In this document: positions 39,237-49,885 of the stretch, piece after piece
Position numbering within the stretch: the first letter of the stretch is position 1
Layout of the letters: each line of letters opens with the position of its first letter
Assembly: GCA_965198235.1 (NCBI GenBank)
Contig: OZ240248.1
Location: 1,472,001 to 1,536,000, forward strand
Direction of reading: 5' to 3'
Origin: Candidatus Poribacteria bacterium
GTDB taxonomy: Bacteria; Poribacteria; WGA-4E; WGA-3G
DNA length: 64,000 nucleotides
Made by a program: the position numbers and the translations under genes
Notes under the pieces: model-generated
Databases searched by the model: none
Told to the model about the DNA's origin: nothing
What the model saw: only the letters and a program-made list of their open reading frames with translations

Positions 39237-39816
39237 TATTACAGTAGCATAGCATTTCTACTCCCTTCTGTCAAGTCGAAAAATGGATATAGGACTTACG
39301 CAATTTTCTTATGAGGATCTACGTGCCACACGCCGCCGACGAGGTTTCTTGGGGAAACACCCCAGCAAAAACACCTCGCCAGCAAAGGACACTGCGTAAG
39401 TCCTGTGGATATTAGGGTCATTTCAGAGGCATTCAGTTCCCCTGAAACGCTCTTGTGGGAGGGGTTTGTAACCCCGATTTTCCCGTAGATGGGGCACGAG
39501 GGTTCCCCAAAAATCCGAAATCCGTGTCATCCGCGATAATCCACGATCAGATCTCGCTGTTGCCGGAAACGTCCTCTATATCGGCACAGAACACCGTGGG
39601 CTCCTACGTTTATCGCTGCACAGCCTTTAATTTCAGGACTTACGCACAACGCGAATATTGAAGGATGGAAGGATGGGGACTTCCTCACGCTTCCAATCTT
39701 CCAGTCTTCTGATCCCGGAAGTAAACGAACGGATTTTGCGTAAGTCCTATTGATGTTTTTTAGAACTGAATGCGGATTACCCTACCACCGAAGTTAATGT
39801 TCCCAATTTATTTTTA

Positions 39817-39845
39817 TTGACAGAAATATGCATTTTTGCTATATT
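39817..39845 (+). promoter_or_regulatory. Sigma70-type promoter
   Basis: TTGACA-17 nt-TATATT with TG. Confidence 0.55.
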
Positions 39846-39964
39846 TTAGACAACGATTTCGCCAGAAATCGTCCTATTTGTGGAAGTCTGTCTTTGCAAG
39901 ACGGAAATGAATGTGGCACAGACGACTTAACTTGCGGAAAATCAACCAATAAAGGAGTAAAATA

Positions 39965-40789
39965 ATGACAAGAACCCACCTTATGGTGTTCATCGCGCTT
40001 TTTTCAATCATGCTGATTAGCCACGCGAGCGCACAGATAATTTTCTATGCTGATTTTGAAGTAAGCGGCTCTAAAGCAATCCCGGATGTCAGCGTTAATG
40101 ACCCAGGAAATTGGGAATCAGAAAACGCTGGAACCATTTGGGCGACATCAGATGAGTTCCCTGATGGCAGTGGTGCCTTGCATCAAACTGCCGAAGGATG
40201 CGGCATCTCTGGTAATACACCTTTACCCGGTGTCGACAACTTCTCCGACGGTATCATCCAAGCAGTTTTTTCATGGCAAGATGATGACGGCGTTGGTTTC
40301 CAACTCCGGCGTGTCGGCGACGACAGCGGCTATCTCGTCGCGTTCGGCTATAACGAAACACCCCAAATTATCATCGGAAGCCTCGCTGATGGATGCTGTC
40401 CTTCCGGAGAATGTCTCGACCAATGCACCTGCGAAAACGGCGGAAATGAACTCGTCGGGGTTGACCATGGCTTAGGGGGAGACCTCTCTCAAGACAACAG
40501 TGTCGCATATTTTGCACGCGTTGAAGTCACTGGAAGCCTCATCCAGGTCTGGTATATGGAACTTGACGATGCACCCGGTCTCTTTGTGGCATCTGATGAA
40601 CTCGGTGACCCCGTCGCTGAATACGACGGCGCAGATGATTTGGGACCCGGCACCGTCGGTGTCTGGCACGAAAGTTGGGGCAATGGAAGAGTCGGTAGCG
40701 TTCTCGTCACCGGTCCAGGCGGCACCACTGATGTCGACCCACACGCCAAACTCTCCACGACGTGGGGCGACGTTAAAAGCAGCTATTAG
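39965..40789 (+). CDS. Secreted beta-sandwich (ConA/TSP-C-like) protein with a Cys-rich loop and KLSTTWG tail
   Basis: RBS AAGGAG, signal peptide, DDDGVGF motif, C-terminal VDPHAKLSTTWGDVK. Confidence 0.7.
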   Translation: MTRTHLMVFIALFSIMLISHASAQIIFYADFEVSGSKAIPDVSVNDPGNWESENAGTIWATSDEFPDGSGALHQTAEGCGISGNTPLPGVDNFSDGIIQAVFSWQDDDGVGFQLRRVGDDSGYLVAFGYNETPQIIIGSLADGCCPSGECLDQCTCENGGNELVGVDHGLGGDLSQDNSVAYFARVEVTGSLIQVWYMELDDAPGLFVASDELGDPVAEYDGADDLGPGTVGVWHESWGNGRVGSVLVTGPGGTTDVDPHAKLSTTWGDVKSSY

Positions 40790-41045
40790 TCTCCTTCCTT
40801 GATATAGACTGATACCGTAAAATCAACCTGCGTTGCAGGGCGAGGTTACCGTACCTCAGTCTCCCTGCACCGCACTACTCATCTTTGTCGGGTGAGGTCA
40901 ATGCCTCACCCAACACCACTTTAGTTTTACGATGAGGCATCTTTGGTGATACAGGTACCTAAGCAATACCCTATAGCCTCGTCACTATGCTGTTGCTTGC
41001 GAATAAACGGCAACACAACCCTTTATGAAAGCGGAGGAGACATTC

Positions 41046-41873
41046 ATGAAGACACGTTTTTTTCTCTTGATCCTTGTTTTGGGTCTACTTGTTTCATTTC
41101 ACGCCAGCGGGCAAGTTGTGTTTTATGCCGATTTTGAGCCGGGCTCCAAGGAGGCAAAACCGGATGCGGGTGTGAACGATGTCAAAAAATATAAACCGGA
41201 AAACGCCGGCACCATCTGGGGTGAGGCGGATTTCAACGGTGGCAAAATCGGTGGTAAAGGAGCGATGGCGCAAACCGCTGAGGGATGCGGCATCTCCGGT
41301 AACACAGCACTCCCTGGCGTGAAAAACTTTACCGACGGTATCATCCAAGTCGTCTTCTCGTTTGGTGATGATGATAGTTTCGGTGTGCAGTTCCGCAGAA
41401 AAGGGGACGATAAAGGGTATCTCGTCGTCTTCGGCTATAATGAGACTGCGTCCGTCCTTATCATGAGTCTGGAAGACGGGTGCTGCCCCTCTGGACAATG
41501 CCTCGATCAGTGTGGTTGTGAGAATGGCGGTAAAGAAATAGACAGTGTCCCACACGGCTTAGGCGGTGGACTCGACCAGACGAATGCTGTCGCTTATTTC
41601 GGACGCGTTGAGGTCCAAGGCAACAACGTTAAAGTCTGGTACATGAAACTTGAAGAAGTCAAAGATCTGTTCGCACCTTCCGAGGACCTCGGGGACCCAA
41701 TACTTGAATCTGACAAAGCCACTACCAAAGGGGCGGGCTCTGTTGGTGTTTGGCACGAAAGTTGGGGAATGGGCAGAATCGACAGTATTCTCGTTACAAA
41801 TGCCAACGGTTTTGATATCGATGTCAAAAACAAACTCACAACTTTATGGGGCGAGATTAAAGTCGCGTATTAG
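41046..41873 (+). CDS. Paralog of 39965-40789
   Basis: Shares EGCGISGNT, GCCPSGxCLDQCxCENGG, GVWHESWG and the KLTTLWG tail. Confidence 0.7.
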   Translation: MKTRFFLLILVLGLLVSFHASGQVVFYADFEPGSKEAKPDAGVNDVKKYKPENAGTIWGEADFNGGKIGGKGAMAQTAEGCGISGNTALPGVKNFTDGIIQVVFSFGDDDSFGVQFRRKGDDKGYLVVFGYNETASVLIMSLEDGCCPSGQCLDQCGCENGGKEIDSVPHGLGGGLDQTNAVAYFGRVEVQGNNVKVWYMKLEEVKDLFAPSEDLGDPILESDKATTKGAGSVGVWHESWGMGRIDSILVTNANGFDIDVKNKLTTLWGEIKVAY

Positions 41874-42060
41874 TATATAATAGGGCGAGGGAGAAGGTTT
41901 TATCCAATCCCTCGCCCTTTTCAATTCTTACGAATTTCATGCGGAGTCTCTGCGCATCACCAGAGCCGTTCAGTTCTTCTGTAGGAGCGATCTCCCGATC
42001 GCGACGCTTATCCACCGCCGCTGGCGAGGTTTCCTAACCTCGCCGATAAGGAGTCTATCC

Positions 42061-43332
42061 ATGAAAGTCACGAACGTTGAACGTGTAATTGTAGATGTCC
42101 CCTTCACCCCGCGCCAACAACAGATTACGACGCAAAGTGTATCAACCGTTTACAACTGGTCGCTCCTTGAATTGTGCAAGGTCACAACCGATACTGGGCA
42201 TGTCGGTTGGGGTGAAACCGTCGTTCATTATACCTATTCCCGGGTCAGCGATGCCAGCGTCGAACGTGTGCTTGGACGAAGTCCTGCCGAACTCATGAAT
42301 GATGATTCACTTGGTGCAGGTTTACAGATGGCACTCTTCGATGTCGTCGGCAAAATTTTAGAGGTCCCGGTCTACCAACTCCTCGGCATGCAGTGTCGCG
42401 AGGCCGTTCCAATTTCGTGGTGGTGTATCGATGCCTCTCCTGAGAACTGGGCTGCGGAAGCCGCAGATGCCGTGGAAAACGGTTATACCAGTTTCAAAAA
42501 CAAGCCGCGTCCGTGGTGGGATATCACCGCACAGGTAGAGACGGTCGCGGAAGTCGTACCATCGGACTTCAAACTCGATCTCGATCCAAACAGTTCTTGG
42601 CGCGACGCAGAAACGGCTATCCCGATCCTGCAGAAACTCGCTACACACCCAAACGTGGCGATGTTTGAGACCCCCATTCCGCAGAGCGATGTTGACGGAA
42701 ACAAGCAGATTCGCCAAGATGTCGGTTGTCAGGTCGCTATGCATTTCGGATCACCACCCTATACCACCTGTGTGCGGGAGGACGTATGCACTGGGTTTGT
42801 CATCGGTGGTGGCAAGGCGCAGGTGATGCGTGAGGGACAACTCAGCGCAGCAGCGGATATGCCGTTTTGGCTTCAAATCGTTGGAAACGGCTTGACAACA
42901 ACTTGGGCAGGACATCTCGGAAGTGTCCTAACACATGCGACATGGCCCGCAATCACCTGTATTAATCTCTACAGCGACCATCTGCTCACACAACCGATAC
43001 AAGTCACAGATGGATGCCACAAGATCCCTGATGCCCCTGGATTAGGCGTTGAAGTCGATGAAGATGCAGTTGAACGCTTCCGCGTGCCTGATAATAAGTT
43101 AGATGCTGACGGCTACACAATTCATCCTGTCCCGCGCATCATCAAAACCGCTGTTTATCCTGATGGGAGTTGCATCCACATGTCTGGTGATGGTTTGAGT
43201 TATTTTAATGCCGGCAACGGTGAGGCACAGGTGGAAGGTGCGCGTCTGGAGCTAACCTTCGACGACGGCACTGCTGAATGGGCAGACCTCTTCGAGAAAG
43301 CACGCGAGACCCCTGTGCATGGAAAGTCGTAA
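42061..43332 (+). CDS. Mandelate racemase/muconate lactonizing (enolase superfamily) enzyme
   Basis: GWGE, MALFDVVGK, KNK, DPN, ETP, PGLGVE. Confidence 0.85.
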   Translation: MKVTNVERVIVDVPFTPRQQQITTQSVSTVYNWSLLELCKVTTDTGHVGWGETVVHYTYSRVSDASVERVLGRSPAELMNDDSLGAGLQMALFDVVGKILEVPVYQLLGMQCREAVPISWWCIDASPENWAAEAADAVENGYTSFKNKPRPWWDITAQVETVAEVVPSDFKLDLDPNSSWRDAETAIPILQKLATHPNVAMFETPIPQSDVDGNKQIRQDVGCQVAMHFGSPPYTTCVREDVCTGFVIGGGKAQVMREGQLSAAADMPFWLQIVGNGLTTTWAGHLGSVLTHATWPAITCINLYSDHLLTQPIQVTDGCHKIPDAPGLGVEVDEDAVERFRVPDNKLDADGYTIHPVPRIIKTAVYPDGSCIHMSGDGLSYFNAGNGEAQVEGARLELTFDDGTAEWADLFEKARETPVHGKS

Positions 43333-43549
43333 ATCTTTAGCCGTTCAAAAAAAGTAGGTGCGATTCTCTTTAAAACGGTAGGCGAGGTTTATAACCTCGC
43401 CGAGGTCACCGCCCGTTACAAAAAAGGAGTTTGTAAACCCAACTTTTCTCGAATATCCTTGCCGCATTCTCACAATTCACTTGCGTGTACGCTGCGTGTC
43501 TGCTACAATCAAGGGGACATCCTACGGATTTGACAGAGGCGGATTAACA

Positions 43550-45472
43550 TTGACTTCTCTCCCCCAACAGCGTGCCTTGACATGGCGCGTCCTATGCATC
43601 TTCGCCATTAGCGCACCGATCAACTGCTATTTTCTCATCCAGATGGAACTCGTGCGCTATACCTTTCCGACCTGGGTAGTCCCGCTGTCCAATGTCATTT
43701 TCATCCTCACCGCAGTGATGCTGATTAACGGTGTCATCCGCCTTCTAAACAGCAATGTTGCCCTTGGACAAGGCGAATTGCTGTTTTTGTATGTGACACT
43801 TAGTTTCGCCACGAGCTTGGCTGGATGCGATGTCTTTCAGGCGATCCTCTCTGTCCTTGGACATAGTTTCTGGTTTGCAACCGAAGAGAACGAGTGGCGC
43901 ACCCTATTTTGGCACCACCTCCCGGAATGGCTCACTGTTTCAGATAGAGACGCGCTCCGCGGCTATTACCTTGGGGAATCGAGCCTATATCGTCCCCTTC
44001 ACTTACGGGTTTGGGTGCCGGTGGTGGGGGCATGGTTATTGCTGTTTTCGGTGATAGCGTTCATCTTTCTCTGCCTCAACACGATCCTCCGTCGTCAATG
44101 GGCACAGCGAGAGCGTCTCACCTTCCCGATTATTCAACTCCCGCTTGCAATGACGAATCCCACGTCCGGTTTCTTCCGAAACAAGCGGATGTGGATCGGC
44201 TTCGCGATCGCCGCTGGTATTAGTCTTTTCAATGGATTGAGCCATCTCTATCCTGTAATTCCGCATATTCCGGTGACACGCCGTTTTTTCTCGTTTCACG
44301 AACCACCTTTGAGCCTCTACGGCACCATCATCACCGCCTTTTACCCGTTTGCCATCGGCATTATGTTCCTTATGCCGTTAGATGTCCTCTTTTCGACAAC
44401 CCTCTTCTATTTTCTCTATCGAAACGAAGTCGCTTTAGCGAAGGCGGTTGGGTGGAGTAGCATCCCGCGTTTTCCTTATCTTAACGAACAGACCATCGGT
44501 GCTTTCGTGGGACTCTGTTTTTTCTTCGGTTGGACAGGCAAACGGCATTTCACAGCCGTTTTGAGAAGCGCGCTACCGTCGCGCGGACGAGAGCCGCCAA
44601 TCCAGCAGCACGACGAACCGATGTCCTATCGGGTGGCTGTCTGGGGCTTTGTGATCGGTACCCTGCTGTTTGCGTTTCTCCTCTATAAAGCAGGTATGGC
44701 GGTCTGGCTTGCGCTCACCTTCGCTGTCCTGTTTCTCATAACGCCGTTGGTGACAACACGCATCCGCGCCGAGTCCGGCATTTTTGTCCACGCCTACCAC
44801 TGGCAGGCACCCCGATACATCTTAAACACTATCTTAGGAACGCACCATCTCGGCGCACGGAACTTAACGGCACTCTCCGTCTGCTTTTTCAACCGAGATT
44901 ACCGTCCACAGCAGATGCCGCATCAGTTGGAGGCTTTTAAAATCGCCGAACTCGCCAATATTAACCAACGCCGGATGCTCTTGACAGTTATCATCGCCAC
45001 TATTTTCGGTGTGATTGTCGCTTTCTGGGTGCAACTGCATTTCTATTACAAATTCGGTGCAGATTCCGGCTACTTTGGACCGTGGGCACTCGGTTACGGG
45101 AGAGAATACTTCGGACGGTTGACGAACTGGATTACCTATCCGCTCAGCACGGACTGGCTTGGCGTGATATTCATGGGTATCGGATTTTCTGTGATGATGG
45201 TGCTTACATATCTTCGTGTCAAGTTTTTTTGGCTCCCGCTGCATCCTCTCGGTTATGTGATGGCGAGCAACCAAGAGATGTCCGACCTCTGGATTCCGTT
45301 GCTGATTGCCTTGACATTAAAATGGCTTATCCTCCGGCACGGCGGTATCCAAAGTTATCGGCGCGCCATCCCCTTCTTTTTGGGGTTAGTCCTCGGCGAT
45401 TACCTCATGGGGAGCACGTGGAGCCTCCTAAACATTCTTCTGAACACCACGATGTATCAGTTCTACCCATAA
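43550..45472 (+). CDS. Large polytopic membrane protein (DUF6785/DUF6784-like putative transporter)
   Basis: Many TM helices; LRRQW..ERLTFP, RIRAESG, WLPLHPLGY, PFFLGLVLGD; start uncertain. Confidence 0.7.
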   Translation: MTSLPQQRALTWRVLCIFAISAPINCYFLIQMELVRYTFPTWVVPLSNVIFILTAVMLINGVIRLLNSNVALGQGELLFLYVTLSFATSLAGCDVFQAILSVLGHSFWFATEENEWRTLFWHHLPEWLTVSDRDALRGYYLGESSLYRPLHLRVWVPVVGAWLLLFSVIAFIFLCLNTILRRQWAQRERLTFPIIQLPLAMTNPTSGFFRNKRMWIGFAIAAGISLFNGLSHLYPVIPHIPVTRRFFSFHEPPLSLYGTIITAFYPFAIGIMFLMPLDVLFSTTLFYFLYRNEVALAKAVGWSSIPRFPYLNEQTIGAFVGLCFFFGWTGKRHFTAVLRSALPSRGREPPIQQHDEPMSYRVAVWGFVIGTLLFAFLLYKAGMAVWLALTFAVLFLITPLVTTRIRAESGIFVHAYHWQAPRYILNTILGTHHLGARNLTALSVCFFNRDYRPQQMPHQLEAFKIAELANINQRRMLLTVIIATIFGVIVAFWVQLHFYYKFGADSGYFGPWALGYGREYFGRLTNWITYPLSTDWLGVIFMGIGFSVMMVLTYLRVKFFWLPLHPLGYVMASNQEMSDLWIPLLIALTLKWLILRHGGIQSYRRAIPFFLGLVLGDYLMGSTWSLLNILLNTTMYQFYP

Positions 45473-45662
45473 CCTAAGTTACTACTAATAAATTTTGGTG
45501 TTTTTGCTTGGGTGTTTCCCTGCGGATTTCGGCAAGGTTTTCAGGCACTTTCCCCACCCCGTAGGGGTGCTATGTCTGTAGAGAACGGTGTATTCAAGCG
45601 ACTGCACCCCGCAGGGGTGCTATGTCTATAAATAGGTGGCAATTTGCGTTATCCATAGATTA

Positions 45663-46082
45663 TCAGAGATCGAAAATAACCTGAGCAAACCAACTGTTAT
45701 CATTCCTTTGCACAACCTGTAGTTGATGATACGTGACGCTCTTAATTTCAGTATAAACCTCGTGTTTATCGAAATTTGCCGGTTCACCGTAAACCGTCGC
45801 TAATACCTCCGTTTCGCTGCACCGCTGGATGTCGGCGCGTTTAAAGAAGGTTTCTTTTGTCTCGTGCTGAAAGATGAGTTCATCGAGCCACGCCACAAAT
45901 AGGTCTTCCACAGACTCAGCAGTAAGGTGGATCTCGACCAAGTCTGTTTCATCGACAGTATCCACGACCGCTATCGTTTCGAAGAGTCCCTGTGCCGCGT
46001 TTTTCAGAAGCTCGGACAAACTTTTCCCCCTAACCAGCAGTCCCATATCAGCCGTATGTTCAAGGTATTCATAAGGTTTCAT
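45663..46082 (-). CDS. Archease
   Basis: YEYLEHTADMG, EIKSVTYH, VIFDL. Confidence 0.9.
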   Translation of the reverse strand: MKPYEYLEHTADMGLLVRGKSLSELLKNAAQGLFETIAVVDTVDETDLVEIHLTAESVEDLFVAWLDELIFQHETKETFFKRADIQRCSETEVLATVYGEPANFDKHEVYTEIKSVTYHQLQVVQRNDNSWFAQVIFDL

Positions 46083-46544
46083 GCAATTCTCCATCGTCAC
46101 GGTTTTTTTCCTCATCTCCGTAACATCATACCCCGAAAATCCGAACCTGTCAATTCTCAAATCTTCCTGTAGGAGCGACTTTTCCCAGAACCCACGCCCT
46201 ATCTAAACACTGATTCCTGTAGGAGGGGGGAAATTGAGGAAACGCCCTATCAATACGCAGAAATACCCAAGCAAAAACACTCCGATTCCTGACTGACTTC
46301 TGTGACATTTTTCCCTTGACTTTACATCCATTGTAGGCTATGCTATAATGTGGACTCTCTCGTAAAAAAAAGGCGTTTACCCTATAAAAAATAAATTTGA
46401 CTTTGGACGCAAAATATAGTATACTATGTATAAAATAATCTACATATCATAACATATTATGGTATAGGTTCCATCTCGGCGCACTCCGAAAGTATCTGCC
46501 GTGGTAATGTGCTATGACCGGGACAACGAATTTGAGGTTATCCG

Positions 46545-46736
46545 ATGAAACGCAGATTGGAAATGGAATTAGACTTTGTAACAGATCTATCACCCTTGGA
46601 GTTTGCCTCGAAGATTACGCCGCTTATGCGAGAGGCTATTGAGGCGATGAAACAGGCACTCGGGTCGGAATTGAAGTTCGATATTTTCCTCGTACTGGAT
46701 GGACACGAGGTTCGCCTTCTGATGGAGCCAGTGTGA
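46545..46736 (+). CDS. Small hypothetical protein
   Basis: GAGG RBS and a strong promoter at 46397-46425 upstream; protein-like composition. Confidence 0.45.
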   Translation: MKRRLEMELDFVTDLSPLEFASKITPLMREAIEAMKQALGSELKFDIFLVLDGHEVRLLMEPV

Positions 46737-46959
46737 CGCACAGTAACATTGTATTTCACGTTTTATGGATAGAGGGACGAAGTAAAATGTTACACTTTCC
46801 ACCAAATTATTTTTTCTCAGCGAGAAATCGGAAAACAAAAGCCTATAAACCCTTACAGTCACTGGGTTCTACCCGATAATCTCTGCACACCTAATGTTAC
46901 ACCAGTGTAACATTTTTAAGACTCGCTGGTTGCTGAGGACTGACCGCTGATAGCCAATT

Positions 46960-47070
46960 ATGAACAAACTCTACTTCGGTGACAACCTCGAAATCCTCCG
47001 CGAAATGCACAACGAACGCGTCCACCTCATCTGCCCTAATCCTCAAAATAAAGCGCGAATATGCTTATGA
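46960..47070 (+). pseudogene. N-terminal remnant of an N4/N6 DNA methyltransferase
   Basis: MNKLYFGDNLEILREMHNERVHLIC then diverges; near-identical to the start of 48026-48391. Confidence 0.75.
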
Positions 47071-47720
47071 ATAACCAATATGAATATGCTGAAAAGTCTC
47101 TCACACCGAAAATAGCGCAACATCTCATCCAGGAACTATTTGCAGGACAGACTGTTCAAAAACAGGAAATGATGCGTATTGTAGATGAAACGCATCGTGA
47201 ACGGGGTGGGTTGCTATCACGTGCTCAATTTAACAACCCTGTCACGCTTGCACTGTACAACATGAAGCGAGAGGGGCAAGCAAGCAATTCTGGTCAAGGT
47301 AATGATTGGTTGATCTCTTCAAGTACTCAGGACGACGACAGCGTGGATGCCGAACCTAACAATTTAGAACCCGAAAAGATCATCGGTTCTGGCAAACAAT
47401 CAGTCTATCTTTATTATTACCCGGTGTATCGACGTTTAGCTGAATTGCAGAGTAAGGAGGTATGGGCATGCAAGATCGGCAAGGCTAGAAACGATCCTCT
47501 CATCAGAATTAGTTCGCAAACGCGCACAGCACTCCCAGAATACCCCAAAGTCGGCCTCATTATTAAAACAGACGAATTCGCGTTGATGGAGACAACAATA
47601 CAGAATATTCTAAAACTTCGAGGCAAGCACATGCAGAATGCACCTGGAACAGAGTGGTTCCTTACTTCTCCCAGCGAAGTTGAAACGGTGTCCGAAAACA
47701 ATTTTGGGAATTTCGAGTGA
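47061..47720 (+). CDS. GIY-YIG/T5orf172-like nuclease-domain protein
   Basis: SVYLYYY..CKIGKA..RI..E..GTEWF pattern in the C-terminal half. Confidence 0.7.
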   Translation: MLMNNQYEYAEKSLTPKIAQHLIQELFAGQTVQKQEMMRIVDETHRERGGLLSRAQFNNPVTLALYNMKREGQASNSGQGNDWLISSSTQDDDSVDAEPNNLEPEKIIGSGKQSVYLYYYPVYRRLAELQSKEVWACKIGKARNDPLIRISSQTRTALPEYPKVGLIIKTDEFALMETTIQNILKLRGKHMQNAPGTEWFLTSPSEVETVSENNFGNFE

Positions 47721-47795
47721 ACAAACTCTGTATTTCACATATAAAGGTAGGTCTCGGTGTCTGCCGGACATCACAAATAGCCATGAAGGAGAACA

Positions 47796-48029
47796 ATGAT
47801 GTACATCGTGACGGATGACTTGGAAATCATAAACTTCTATCAGTACCAAAATTTGAGTGTAGAAGGGGAGGACCCTGGCAAAGGTCAACTCGTCTTAACA
47901 GCTCAGGATGGATCCAAACGCGTCATTGCTGAATTTGCTGAATTTGAGAAAGCATACAATCTCTTTGCGGACATCCGTGATGCCCTCGCTGCAGGGGAGA
48001 CATACTATAGTCTAGAGGCAAGTCAATGA
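47796..48029 (+). CDS. Small hypothetical protein
   Basis: RBS GAAGGAG; 77-aa acidic ORF; stop overlaps the next ATG. Confidence 0.6.
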   Translation: MMYIVTDDLEIINFYQYQNLSVEGEDPGKGQLVLTAQDGSKRVIAEFAEFEKAYNLFADIRDALAAGETYYSLEASQ

Positions 48030-48391
48030 ATAGACTCTATTTCGGGGACAACCTCGAAATCCTACGCGAAATGGACGACGAACGCGTCCACCTCATCTGT
48101 ACCGACCCACCCTTCAATAGCGGACGCGACTACAACGCCTTCATCGGGGGCTCCCTTAACAAAGGCGACATCGTTCTCGATCCCTTCTGCGGCTGCGGCA
48201 CGACGATTGATGCGGCACAAACCCTCAACCGACAATGGATGGGGATAGACATAACAATCCTCGCCTTGGATCCCATGCGTCAACGGTTGGCAGACCGACA
48301 CGGATTACAGCCGTCTGTTGACTACCAGATTGAAGGCTATCCGACGAACATGCAGGAGGTCCGCAGACTGCTGATTGCTATTCTTCTGTAG
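48026..48391 (+). pseudogene. Internally deleted, truncated beta-class DNA methyltransferase
   Basis: DPPF motif joined almost directly to VLDPFCGCGTT (the intervening region is missing); C-terminus runs into repeat sequence. Confidence 0.75.
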
Positions 48392-48739
48392 GAGCGAGTG
48401 TTTTTGCTTGGGTGTTTCCCCATGCTCACGACTCCTTTCTCACTTGTGGAATTTCATAGCAACCTTCCAAGAATCCCCCTACAAAAATCGCCAAAAACCC
48501 AGTCGTAGCGCGGATTTACAACCCTTTTAATAATCTATCACTTTTCGGGTTTTGCTATGAAAACTGTGAAAATATTAGTAAAATCTGAAGATATATAGGC
48601 ACCTCGCGAAAAAAGACCCTGCCCCAAACTCACTACTGAAGTTTCCGATACCCAACACCCTTTCCTCCTACAACTAAAAACTGACAACTGATAACTGTTA
48701 ACTCATAAACCGAATACCTCCATCCAAAACACAAATCCG

Positions 48740-48768
48740 TTGACAGAAAAGGATTTTTAGGGTATAAT
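48740..48768 (+). promoter_or_regulatory. Perfect consensus sigma70 promoter
   Basis: TTGACA-17 nt-TATAAT. Confidence 0.7.
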
Positions 48769-48895
48769 TATCAAATGCCTTGGTTTCGGAATAGCACCTG
48801 CTATGCCGTTTACATTACAAAACTGAACCCACGCGCACCGCAGACAGTATTGAACAGCAGATTTTGATTTGCAAGCTGCGCTAAAAAAATGAGGG

Positions 48896-49609
48896 ATGAC
48901 AATGTCAGCAGCAAATTTGAAACAACGGATACATAACGGAGAACTCATCTATGGCGCCAACGTCTCTATGGCAGCATCTGCCGACGCGCTCGTCGCCAAA
49001 ATCGAAGAGGACGGCTACGATTTCGTCGCCGTGGATAGCCAACATTCTCCATACAACGAGGACCGGCTCGTCGCCTTCTGTAATATGGCGAATGAACTGG
49101 GGATTCTGGTCAACTTTCGGATTAAGCATACCCGAAACGCATATCTCATCGGCAACTACCTTGATTTAGGTCCCTCTGGCATTGAGGTGCCACAGGTCGA
49201 ATTAGACGAAACCGTAAACGAAGCAGTCGCTGCTTTCTACTACCCGCAACAGGGGATCCGGAGTTGGGGCGGTGTCGCCCGAGTGAATTCCGAAGGCAAA
49301 GAACGGCTTGAGTACGCCGATTGGTGGAACTCCAATGGTATCCTTTGGATGCAAATCGAGTCCATAGAAGCCGTCACACATGCGCGATATCTCGCCAAGC
49401 CGGGTGTTGACTGTCTCTCCTTTGGTCCTGCTGATCTGACATTCAGCATTGAGGGCCACCCGAATCATGCACTCCAAACCGTGGATGCCTGTGTGGAATA
49501 CGTCGCAAGAGCTTTGGAGGGAACCACAACCGCTGTCTGCTTTAGGAACGGCAACCCCAGCACCCGTCAAAAGTATGCCGACATGGGCGTTACCGTCTTT
49601 TTAGAATAG
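48896..49609 (+). CDS. HpcH/HpaI aldolase family
   Basis: DSQHSP, YYPQQGIRSWG, MQIES, FGPADL. Confidence 0.85.
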   Translation: MTMSAANLKQRIHNGELIYGANVSMAASADALVAKIEEDGYDFVAVDSQHSPYNEDRLVAFCNMANELGILVNFRIKHTRNAYLIGNYLDLGPSGIEVPQVELDETVNEAVAAFYYPQQGIRSWGGVARVNSEGKERLEYADWWNSNGILWMQIESIEAVTHARYLAKPGVDCLSFGPADLTFSIEGHPNHALQTVDACVEYVARALEGTTTAVCFRNGNPSTRQKYADMGVTVFLE

Positions 49610-49885
49610 TCCGAGCTAACTGCTATTAAAAAAATTGTTAGGTTACCTGCTCAATTGAAGAGGTGGTGGTCGGGCATTGTGGCAGTAGTCCAAATTATAA
49701 TTGTGACAATTCAGAGCGGTGTCAAGGTTAACAAAGTCTTCTTAAAACCGCACAGATCCCCAATTGTGCCGGAATTAACCGAAAACCCGCTCGTAATGAA
49801 ATTATGCCTTAAATGGCATAATTTTGCTTCGCAGTGAGAATGCTTTACATTTGGAGGGCGGCCCCGAGGCCCATAGTTAAAAGAG

